Source: a virus
Lineage: Duplodnaviria > Caudoviricetes
Length of the DNA stretch: 64,000 nucleotides
IMG/VR virus record: IMGVR_UViG_3300019872_000002
Coordinates: 13,186 to 77,185 of that record
Reading direction: 5' to 3' (one strand)
Below, in pieces: positions 57,218 through 64,000 of the stretch (the stretch's first letter is position 1; every line of letters begins with the position of its first letter). The translations under genes were made by a program, and so were the position numbers. Under the pieces are notes generated by a model. That model was given only the letters and a program-made list of their open reading frames with translations, searched no databases and had not been told where the DNA came from.

Positions 57218-57740
57218 ATCAAAATCAAAAATACTATCAACTATTGCGCACAGACACTTTAAACCCACTTTTACCGAAAAACACTACCCTTAGTAATCAA
57301 TGAGATTACAGCATCTTTCATAAAACTTTTTATGCTTTACTTGATATTATAGTCGATAGTGGTAGGAAGGTTGCATAACCCCTCCAGAACCGCCCCCTTC
57401 GCCCTGGGTTTCAAAGTGCTTTCATATTGACCGGGTGGGGTCGAAAACCGAATGTGACCTTTGAATACTAAAGGGGCTAATAGCAGGGAGGCTATGTATT
57501 AGGCTATGTGAGGCACTACCTATATGTGCGCTATGCTATCAACCAAAAACAGATACATCATGCTTAATAAGGTGGCTTTATCATTACTTGTCTCCATACG
57601 GTGGACACCATGTATTCACACACCTTTAAACCCTGTTTTTGCAATTCACCTCACAGCCTAATTACCGGCATATTGCACCATATCATTCCAACTCTTTACC
57701 TTTGAACAGCAATATCGCTAAACACCTAATTAAACACCTT

Positions 57741-58217
57741 ATGAACTATGCCTTTTTAGAGCCTTTTAAGGCCTCCGATTTTACAATTAAGCGTAATGAC
57801 CTACCAACTAAAAAAAAACCTCTTAAACAGCCTAAAAACGGGGAAGAACAGGAAAGTAAGGCGGATAATCCCCCATCTTTTCAAATCCCTGCCGTTGGTT
57901 ATCTACATATATGTAATAAGTTGTTTGTTTGGCGAAGGAAACATAAAGTAACGTCTGAGGCTTTAGATGTAATGTTAATGACATATGCTTATTACGCTGA
58001 TAAGGGCTTAGGTGTGACTAGTTGGTCTATAGCAATGCATTGTGCAAGTGCTGTACATAATGTGGAAAGAGAAATGCAAGGCTGTAGAAAGAAGTTAGGC
58101 ACCTTGAGCAGACGTGGTTTAGTAATGAAATTAGGAAAGAGCTCAAGAGGTGCGGACTTGTATTGTCCTACTTTACGGGCTATTGAGGAGTTAAATGAGA
58201 TATTCTCACAAAAATAA
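57741..58217 (+). CDS. putative winged-helix regulator
   Basis: C-terminal CRKKLGTLSRRGLVMKLGKSSRGADLYCPT helix-wing pattern; start placed at ATG 57741. Confidence 0.5.
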   Translation: MNYAFLEPFKASDFTIKRNDLPTKKKPLKQPKNGEEQESKADNPPSFQIPAVGYLHICNKLFVWRRKHKVTSEALDVMLMTYAYYADKGLGVTSWSIAMHCASAVHNVEREMQGCRKKLGTLSRRGLVMKLGKSSRGADLYCPTLRAIEELNEIFSQK

Positions 58218-58292
58218 ATTAAAATAAATAGTGCCTCAGTGGTGCTGAATACGGGGTTTGTAAAGAAATTATTAAAATATGTAAAGTTTTTA

Positions 58293-58349
58293 TTTGCATT
58301 TATAAAAAGTATTATTACCTTTGGAGTGCGGTAACGATGTAGTTACTGC
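58293..58349 (+). promoter_or_regulatory. consensus Bacteroidota promoter for early operon with 5' hairpin
   Basis: TTTG (58293-58296), 19 nt, TACCTTTG (58316-58323); GCGGTAAC/GTTACTGC hairpin just after. Confidence 0.8.
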
Positions 58350-58366
58350 TTAGCGGCTTGCAGGTC

Positions 58367-58585
58367 ATGAAAAATTCAAACACTATTTCAATAACAATTA
58401 AACAATCAACAGGTAACTTATGGTACAAAAACCTAATTGGTCAGACTTTAAACGCAACTAAATACGATGATGACTTTTTGGTTGACGTGGAAGACAATAA
58501 CATTTATATGGACTACATCCCTGTTCGCGGGTTTATGTCTGGCATAGTTGAGGCTAAAGATTGCATTGTTAACTCTAATATCTAA
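58367..58585 (+). CDS. hypothetical protein
   Basis: First ORF after early promoter. Confidence 0.6.
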   Translation: MKNSNTISITIKQSTGNLWYKNLIGQTLNATKYDDDFLVDVEDNNIYMDYIPVRGFMSGIVEAKDCIVNSNI

Positions 58586-58589
58586 GTCC

Positions 58590-58877
58590 ATGAAAAAGGT
58601 AGCATTATACACATTAGAATCAGGCGATTACTTTTATCACGGTGGTGTTCATTTCCAGTTGAAACATAAGCGTCAATTGTTTTGCACTTGTATCATTCAG
58701 CAGCACGACGATAGAATAGAGGACACGTACGGGGTTTATATATCAGGGGATTGTTTGTCATCCCCGATAAACGATAAAAGCATTCCTATTCCTGCAAGCG
58801 TGGGAATCTGTCGCCTCGCCTCCTTAGTTGGTTGCGGGGTTGTGGCAGTAGTAAGCAGGAATAGGCCTTATTATTAG
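58590..58877 (+). CDS. hypothetical protein (3' end uncertain)
   Basis: MKKVALYTLESGDYF; C-terminus runs through a structured RNA motif. Confidence 0.5.
   Translation: MKKVALYTLESGDYFYHGGVHFQLKHKRQLFCTCIIQQHDDRIEDTYGVYISGDCLSSPINDKSIPIPASVGICRLASLVGCGVVAVVSRNRPYY
58785..58865 (+). ncRNA. structured RNA motif, copy 1
   Basis: TTCCTGC/GTGGGAA hairpin, single T, CTGTCGC/GTGGCAG stem, TA. Confidence 0.45.
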
Positions 58878-58889
58878 ATTATCGAGATC

Positions 58890-59162
58890 ATGTTAAACTA
58901 CAACACATTATTAAAAGTACAGCCCTTTAATACACCGGGCACACGTGTAACTAAAGTGGTTAAAAAACCATACGGTTATAGGATACAGATGTTTAATAAT
59001 TATATCACGCTGTATTATATTAAGCTTGTTATTAATGCTAATGGCAGCGCAAAAGCGAGCTACCTAGTACAAAAGAATTATCACCCTGACAATAGATATA
59101 CCGTCTACTTTGGCGTAGATGGTTACGAGATCACGCAAAAGGAATATAAAGCGTTAAATTAA
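58890..59162 (+). CDS. hypothetical protein
   Basis: 90-aa ORF. Confidence 0.6.
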   Translation: MLNYNTLLKVQPFNTPGTRVTKVVKKPYGYRIQMFNNYITLYYIKLVINANGSAKASYLVQKNYHPDNRYTVYFGVDGYEITQKEYKALN

Positions 59163-59168
59163 TTCCCT

Positions 59169-59230
59169 TTCCTCGATAGTCGGGGAATCTGTCAGCGCAA
59201 CACTCTACGGGGTTTGTGCATTTGGCAGTA
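59169..59230 (+). ncRNA. structured RNA motif, copy 2 (intergenic)
   Basis: TTCCTCGA/TCGGGGAA hairpin, single T, CTGTCA/TGGCAG stem with inner stems and TACG loop, TA. Confidence 0.5.
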
Positions 59231-59265
59231 CAGGACAATGGTGTTTTGTACATAAAGCTTGCAGA

Positions 59266-59568
59266 ATGAAAACTTTAAAAATCACAGTACTATTAGTATT
59301 CCTTGCAGTGGCAGGGTATTCACAAAAGAAACAAGCCGTATTAATCGCTGATGAAACTACAATGACACAGTTATCGGCTAGTGTTAAGATAGAGACTAGC
59401 AATGAGCGTATCTTTAAGCTCATTACAGACAAGTTTGGCAGTATACTGACCGGATATAGCGTTAAGTTTAAAAAAGACCGTGCAGGGGCTTATAAAGAGT
59501 ATTCAATTCCATTCAAAAACGAGTATTCAGCCAAAGTATTGGAGTTTGTTAAATCGCTTAATAAATAG
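59266..59568 (+). CDS. secreted (signal-peptide) hypothetical protein
   Basis: MKTLKITVLLVFLAVAGYS-Q signal-peptide pattern. Confidence 0.65.
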   Translation: MKTLKITVLLVFLAVAGYSQKKQAVLIADETTMTQLSASVKIETSNERIFKLITDKFGSILTGYSVKFKKDRAGAYKEYSIPFKNEYSAKVLEFVKSLNK

Positions 59569-59574
59569 TCTAGC

Positions 59575-59715
59575 ATGAAAACCATTGAAAAGATAGAGCG
59601 TATGGGTTACAAGGTGACCTACGCGGCAAGTGGTAGAATGGTCTTTGCAGAGAAAAACGGCACTAAGTCTACCGCTCCTAATATTACTCAATTGTATAAG
59701 TTTCTTAAAAAATAG
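59575..59715 (+). CDS. small hypothetical protein (46 aa, not in ORF track)
   Basis: MKTIEKIERMGYKVTY..., fills gap. Confidence 0.55.
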   Translation: MKTIEKIERMGYKVTYAASGRMVFAEKNGTKSTAPNITQLYKFLKK

Positions 59716-59719
59716 CACC

Positions 59720-60085
59720 ATGAAAGATTTATTTGAATTTACAGAATTGATACCGGCTGAGGTACAGAACATCTTCACTGATGTGAATCCCTTTGATGAA
59801 TATACCTATGAGGAATGTGGGAATATGCTTAAAGCCTGCGAGGCCAAAGGTTATACATTTGAGTATGGTTTAGATGCTGTACCGTTCAACCTAAAAAAGA
59901 TAACACCGTTTTACACACTAGTAGAACAACAATACGATAGTGAAGATAATTATATCATTTGTAGTGATAACAGGCTTTACCAAGTATTAGATGCGGATAT
60001 GATTGATATATGTGGAGAATATGTTACAATGGAAGATGCTTTAATGATGGTAGGTAGTAATCCGTTTAGAATAACAGGAACATAA
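59720..60085 (+). CDS. acidic hypothetical protein
   Basis: MKDLFEFTELIP...GYTFEYGLDAVPFNL; start shifted to 59720. Confidence 0.65.
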   Translation: MKDLFEFTELIPAEVQNIFTDVNPFDEYTYEECGNMLKACEAKGYTFEYGLDAVPFNLKKITPFYTLVEQQYDSEDNYIICSDNRLYQVLDADMIDICGEYVTMEDALMMVGSNPFRITGT

Positions 60086-60089
60086 GGAT

Positions 60090-60239
60090 ATGAAAACGAT
60101 AATAGAATACACGACCTATAACAAGTTAAAAGGCAATAGGATTCAAACTTACTTAAAAGAGGTGGCCAACTTAGCTTTATATAAAGAACTAGAATCGGCT
60201 GGTGTTATATGGGGATTAAAAGTTATTGAGCTGAATTAA
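60090..60239 (+). CDS. small hypothetical protein (49 aa, not in ORF track)
   Basis: ATG 60090 to TAA 60239, fills gap. Confidence 0.5.
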   Translation: MKTIIEYTTYNKLKGNRIQTYLKEVANLALYKELESAGVIWGLKVIELN

Positions 60240-60267
60240 TTAAAAAATACGATCTAAAAAAATTAAA

Positions 60268-60495
60268 ATGACAAAGCAACAATTCTTCTCTGGCTATCCT
60301 TTCATCTTTAAAAAAGACAATAGGGAATATAGATACATTCACAAACACCGGAAGATATATAATAACGACAATGCACTTAGTTATTATTGCGGTGTTGGTG
60401 ATTACGATAGTGTTTCTTTCAATGCACACAAAACACTATTTGGCGTCCTTCATTGTGTAACTGTTTTATATAAAGATTGTAAAATAATAAAGTGA
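60268..60495 (+). CDS. hypothetical protein
   Basis: 75-aa ORF. Confidence 0.55.
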   Translation: MTKQQFFSGYPFIFKKDNREYRYIHKHRKIYNNDNALSYYCGVGDYDSVSFNAHKTLFGVLHCVTVLYKDCKIIK

Positions 60496-61415
60496 TGAAT
60501 TTAAGAAAAATACTTATATCAGTTAGCGGCGGCAGAACATCTGCAATATTAGCCTACCTATTGTGGAATAAATACAAAAATGATCCCACTGTACAATTGG
60601 TTTTTGTGTTCGCTAATACTTCAAGAGAGGACGAAAAAACACTAATTTTTGTTAAAAATTTAGAGGCTTATTTCGGCTTTCCTATCGTATGGGTTGAAGC
60701 AGTAGTACATCACGGTACACGTAAAGGAAGTACGCATAAAGTAGTCACGTTTGAAACAGCCAAACGTAATGGCGAGGTTTTCGAGGATATTATAAGCAAA
60801 TATGGCATTCCTAATAAAGCTTTCCTACACTGCACTAGAGAGCTTAAAACAAACGCTATTAGGTCTTATATGAAGTCAATAGGATGGGGAGGTTATAAGA
60901 AGTACACCACTGTAATAGGGATGCGAGCTGACGAAATAAAAAGAATAGATAAGGATTACAAACCCGGTATGCCATTTTCTGATTACGAGTTTAACGACAT
61001 TAAATGTCAATGGTATCCTTTAATTGCATGGGGTATAACTAAAGCAGATGTAGCTGTATTCTGGAAGAAACAACTGTTTGACCTTGGATTAGCAGATTAT
61101 GAAGGTAATTGTAAAAAGTGTTATAAAAAGACAGACACTAAGATTATTACTCAGGTTGTTTTAGACCCGACAGATGACTGGATAGAAAGGATGGAAAAGA
61201 AATACGGGTTTTTCTCTGGCAATAGAAATATAGATAAATGTCCGCCTCCTTACACCTTCTTTAGACACAACAGGACATTAGCGGAGGTAATGGAAGGTTA
61301 TGTACCGGGGTTTAGATTAGCTATTGACAAGTCTATGATTACAGATGGTGCAGAATACCAATTTATCGATGATCAGGATCAATGTGCAGAAGGCGAATGT
61401 TCACCGTTTCAATAA
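60492..61415 (+). CDS. PAPS-reductase-like (adenine nucleotide alpha-hydrolase) protein
   Basis: SVSGGRTS PP-loop, FANT.RE, CTRELK, GMRADE..R, YPL, GNCKKC. Confidence 0.8.
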   Translation: MMNLRKILISVSGGRTSAILAYLLWNKYKNDPTVQLVFVFANTSREDEKTLIFVKNLEAYFGFPIVWVEAVVHHGTRKGSTHKVVTFETAKRNGEVFEDIISKYGIPNKAFLHCTRELKTNAIRSYMKSIGWGGYKKYTTVIGMRADEIKRIDKDYKPGMPFSDYEFNDIKCQWYPLIAWGITKADVAVFWKKQLFDLGLADYEGNCKKCYKKTDTKIITQVVLDPTDDWIERMEKKYGFFSGNRNIDKCPPPYTFFRHNRTLAEVMEGYVPGFRLAIDKSMITDGAEYQFIDDQDQCAEGECSPFQ

Positions 61416-61424
61416 AATAGGGAT

Positions 61425-61583
61425 ATGGAAAAACCACCAATTTACCTGGAAAATCAGGTTTCTGAAAAACAGGCTCAGTTTATCGCAGACTTGGACGCAA
61501 TTTATCAGCAACTAGCAAAGCACACAGAGGACAATAAACAATTAATCGCAAACGCTAAGATGTTTTTAGCACAATTTAAATAA
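61425..61583 (+). CDS. small hypothetical protein (52 aa, not in ORF track)
   Basis: ATG 61425 to TAA 61583, next ATG at 61586. Confidence 0.55.
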   Translation: MEKPPIYLENQVSEKQAQFIADLDAIYQQLAKHTEDNKQLIANAKMFLAQFK

Positions 61584-61585
61584 CC

Positions 61586-61846
61586 ATGAGAACATTCAGC
61601 ACAATAACAGGAGCTTTTAATTACATCAAAAAGCATTTGAATACTGGAAATGAATTGACCTTAAATGACAGTATCCATTTTGGAGTTGGGAAAACGGTTT
61701 ACATCTGGTTTAAGGATGCGGAAAATCTTAACATAGGTTTAGTACCAAACGAACGTAATCAGCTCTTTACCGACCTTAAAACTGACGAACAAATAAAGAG
61801 GGCAATCTCTTATATATTTCAAACAGACGGCTATCTAGTACTTTAA
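61586..61846 (+). CDS. hypothetical protein
   Basis: 86-aa ORF. Confidence 0.6.
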   Translation: MRTFSTITGAFNYIKKHLNTGNELTLNDSIHFGVGKTVYIWFKDAENLNIGLVPNERNQLFTDLKTDEQIKRAISYIFQTDGYLVL

Positions 61847-61889
61847 ATCAACCAATTACTAATAGGCATAAGCCACAACATAAAGCATT

Positions 61890-62360
61890 ATGAATACTCT
61901 TTCAAACTACAACAAAATAGCACTAGGCAAAGTAGATGGTAAAAATATATTCCTTTCACCACCATCATGGGACTGTAATTGGTATTGGGGATTTGGATAC
62001 TTAGGCAATAGAGATTGTCATTATCATATTGATGGTCTTAAAAAGATAGAGACTTATAACATTGAAAAATCAACTTGGGAATACGAGTTTGTAAACCTTT
62101 TTGACGGCTTAAAAAAACATTTCGGTGAGACATTTATTGTAAAGGAAGATGGCGACATATGGACCTTAGCGGAGTTGTTTCAAACTTTCTACGCTTTAAA
62201 AGAAACAGCAGAGGTGTTAGGACGTGGCGGTTCACATTACACAAATAACCCTTGTAAAGATTTAATCATCAATAAGTACGAGGTAACACGTATAAACAAC
62301 GTTGTATTACCGCAAGTATTCGAGGAGATTTATAAAATCCTAAATAAATATTCAAAATAA
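61890..62360 (+). CDS. hypothetical phage protein
   Basis: 156-aa ORF with PSWDCNWYWGFGYL. Confidence 0.7.
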   Translation: MNTLSNYNKIALGKVDGKNIFLSPPSWDCNWYWGFGYLGNRDCHYHIDGLKKIETYNIEKSTWEYEFVNLFDGLKKHFGETFIVKEDGDIWTLAELFQTFYALKETAEVLGRGGSHYTNNPCKDLIINKYEVTRINNVVLPQVFEEIYKILNKYSK

Positions 62361-62365
62361 AAACA

Positions 62366-62720
62366 CCCCCTTGATTGTTGGCAGACACTTAATAAGAAGT
62401 GTAACGGATCATTCCCGTGTCAAGGGCTAACACCTGATAAGTGCTTAAACTATCCGCATTGTAATGTTGCGTCATTACAGCCGATTTAAGACACGGCAAA
62501 TTGTCGAGGGTATAATCTACCATACAGATTGCTTTGAGCCTTACCGAGGGCTTTAAACTCCGGTGTAGGGATAAAGAATCTACTTACAACCCGAAGCAAT
62601 AAGAGGTAGCGCAATTAAGCCGTAACGGGTTTAAAAAAGGGAGACTAACAATTTCCGCAATTGCAAGATGTATGCAAGTGTAAGCGATAAAGGCATGTTA
62701 GGGAGTTATCCCGTGCTGAG
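62366..62720 (+). ncRNA. putative large multi-stem non-coding RNA
   Basis: ORF-free, with many stems (CCCTTGA/TCAAGGG, TGTAATG/CATTACA, ATTGCTT/AAGCAAT, TTGCA/TGCAA, GGGA-GTTA-TCCC). Confidence 0.4.
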
Positions 62721-62727
62721 AAGTAAA

Positions 62728-62777
62728 ATGTATACAGGTGTGTATCCTGTACTGACGAGTTGAAAACAACGAAACAT
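62728..62777 (+). ncRNA. type III hammerhead ribozyme
   Basis: ATG-TA / stem I TACAGG..CCTGTA / CTGACGA / stem II GTTG-AAAA-CAAC / GAAA-CAT; predicted cut after A62732. Confidence 0.85.
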
Positions 62778-62785
62778 AAAAGCTT

Positions 62786-62974
62786 ATGATAACTAAAGTA
62801 TATATAGGTGGTGAACAAGCATCTATTACAATCAAATATGAGATAGCCAGAAAAGACTATGTAATATGGTTAGGATTTAGGTTTGTTGGTATAGTTAAAA
62901 CTATTGATGAAGCTAAAGAGATAGTGACCTCTAGTCTTTTGGAGTACTGGAAAACAGATATATCATTTCAATAA
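62786..62974 (+). CDS. hypothetical protein
   Basis: 62-aa ORF 8 nt after hammerhead. Confidence 0.55.
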   Translation: MITKVYIGGEQASITIKYEIARKDYVIWLGFRFVGIVKTIDEAKEIVTSSLLEYWKTDISFQ

Positions 62975-62986
62975 ATAACTGATTAG

Positions 62987-63226
62987 ATGGTAACTAAAAC
63001 AGTAAAGTCTAAAGTTTTTTGCCCAAAATGTAATTGTAAAGACTTGTATCTTATTGAGATATGGCAAGGTCATACAATTGAATGGGAGCAATTAAACGGT
63101 AAACTAGACCGTAATGACGGCGTACTTGAACATGGCTCACCTTACCGACTGGAAGGCAAATGCAAAAACTGTCAACATACTTGGAAAGTTAAAAAAGCCA
63201 CAAGTATTGATGATGCTCTAATTTAA
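62987..63226 (+). CDS. zinc-ribbon protein
   Basis: CPKC...CKNC. Confidence 0.65.
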   Translation: MVTKTVKSKVFCPKCNCKDLYLIEIWQGHTIEWEQLNGKLDRNDGVLEHGSPYRLEGKCKNCQHTWKVKKATSIDDALI

Positions 63227-63234
63227 ACAACAAA

Positions 63235-63495
63235 ATGAACCAAAATTAGGCAATAGCAACAGCAGAGGAAATAAGCATAGGCATTCTACATTCTGTAGGG
63301 AATTACTATGTATCTAATGAGGGTACGAAAAACAATCCTAACTATCATGTATGGGTGCCGGGTATTACACATGCAACATGTGACAGTGCTTACAATGATC
63401 TATCATTAGCGGTAGTAAGGTGCAATTTTTTGGCTAAGCAGAGGACACCACCTTTATACCCGCCCAATAGGGATACGGATATTCAAAAGAAATAA
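63235..63495 (+). pseudogene. hypothetical gene with in-frame TAG at codon 5
   Basis: ATG AAC CAA AAT TAG followed by 81 open codons filling the gap to the next gene. Confidence 0.5.
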
Positions 63496-63525
63496 CATAA
63501 ACATAAATCATATAATTAAAGCAAA

Positions 63526-63825
63526 ATGAAAAAAGAAAAGTTCTACATCGTACGTACTTACTCGGCAGGGGTTTGGTTTGGTAACATTAAAAAATTAGAG
63601 GGTACCGTGGCTATCCTTACAAACGCTCGTCGTTTATGGTCTTGGAGCGGAGCGGCTTCATTGAGTCAATTGGCCGTTGAAGGCTCTAAAAAACCTACAG
63701 CGTGTAAATTCACTGTCACAATCACAGATGAAGATGGCGTTTACTTACCTCAAGTAATTGAAGCTTTGCCATGCACAGAGGCAGCAGTTTTGAACATTAA
63801 TTCAGTACCGGAATGGAAAATGTAA
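63526..63825 (+). CDS. DUF6948-like protein
   Basis: YIVRTYSAGVWFG...ARRLWSWSGAASLSQLAVEG. Confidence 0.7.
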   Translation: MKKEKFYIVRTYSAGVWFGNIKKLEGTVAILTNARRLWSWSGAASLSQLAVEGSKKPTACKFTVTITDEDGVYLPQVIEALPCTEAAVLNINSVPEWKM

Positions 63826-64000
63826 TTAAAGAATTTCTAAACATAAAGCCTATAAGCTATGGCTCTGGCTATGGCTCTGGCTCTGGCTATGGCGATGGCT
63901 CTGGCGATGGCTCTGGCGATGGCTCTGGCTCTGGCTATGGCTCTGGCTCTGGCTCTGGCTATGGCGATGGCTCTGGCGATGGCTCTGGCTCTGGCTATGG
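63813..64000 (+). CDS. Gly-rich (G-S/Y/D)n repeat protein, truncated by window end
   Basis: MENVIKEFLNIKPISYGSGYGSGSGYGDGSGDG... Confidence 0.7.
   Translation, partial: MENVIKEFLNIKPISYGSGYGSGSGYGDGSGDGSGDGSGSGYGSGSGSGYGDGSGDGSGSGY
63858..64000 (+). repeat. coding hexanucleotide tandem repeat (TAT/TCT/GAT)GGC
   Basis: Uninterrupted from 63858 to window end. Confidence 0.95.

Noticed and set aside
59229-59262. Fluoride riboswitch (GGACAATGGTGTT resembles its 5' end)
   Set aside because: The 3' pseudoknot partner is absent; the segment folds as a simple GTACAGGAC/GTTTTGTAC hairpin
62640-62680. Group I intron (GAGACTA resembles the P7 R element)
   Set aside because: No matching S element and no interrupted host gene
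63858-64000. Tandem repeat as CRISPR array
   Set aside because: 6-bp coding units without spacers, in frame with a Gly-rich ORF; no cas genes
1-64000. Stop-codon reassignment as in some crAss-like phages
   Set aside because: Long genes are intact in the standard code, TAG and TGA end genes at tight junctions (e.g. TAG 9135-9137, ATGA overlaps), and there is no suppressor tRNA
1-64000. Integrase, transposase or host chromosomal genes
   Set aside because: No recombinase or transposase motifs and no housekeeping genes recognised; lifestyle cannot be settled from this window

Overview
The whole window is a tailed dsDNA phage genome segment, standard genetic code, with a Bacteroidota host inferred from repeated TAnnTTTG (-7) / TTTG (-33) promoters. 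It has three blocks. (1) + strand 1-9.4 kb: small accessory genes, RuvC-like, HNH and PD-(D/E)XK nucleases, an SSB-like protein and a histone H1-like protein. (2) - strand 57.1 to 9.5 kb: RepL-like and NinB-like genes, a five-tRNA array, a lambdoid-type replication initiator with iterons, an SF4 helicase, an adenine MTase, Stealth-like and double GT-A glycosyltransferases, a GroES-like protein, HNH, terminase, portal, capsid, podovirus/crAss-like tail and ejection proteins, tail fibres and a lysis cassette. (3) + strand 57.7-64 kb: early genes with a PAPS-reductase-like gene, structured RNAs and a hammerhead ribozyme. The top finding is at 54202-54335. A 22-codon leader ORF upstream of the tRNA array has codons 4-14 (ATA AAT ATA CAA CAG CAA CCC AAT AAC TGG AAT = I N I Q Q Q P N N W N) drawn only from the amino acids of the five downstream tRNAs (Trp, Pro, Gln, CAT/Ile2, Asn). 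It sits in a trp-like 1:2 / 2:3 / 3:4 attenuator fold, which suggests a ribosome-based sensor that switches on phage tRNA supply when those host tRNAs run short. Several genes carry frameshifts or in-frame stops that may be sequencing errors. All product names come from motif recognition by eye; no database search was run.
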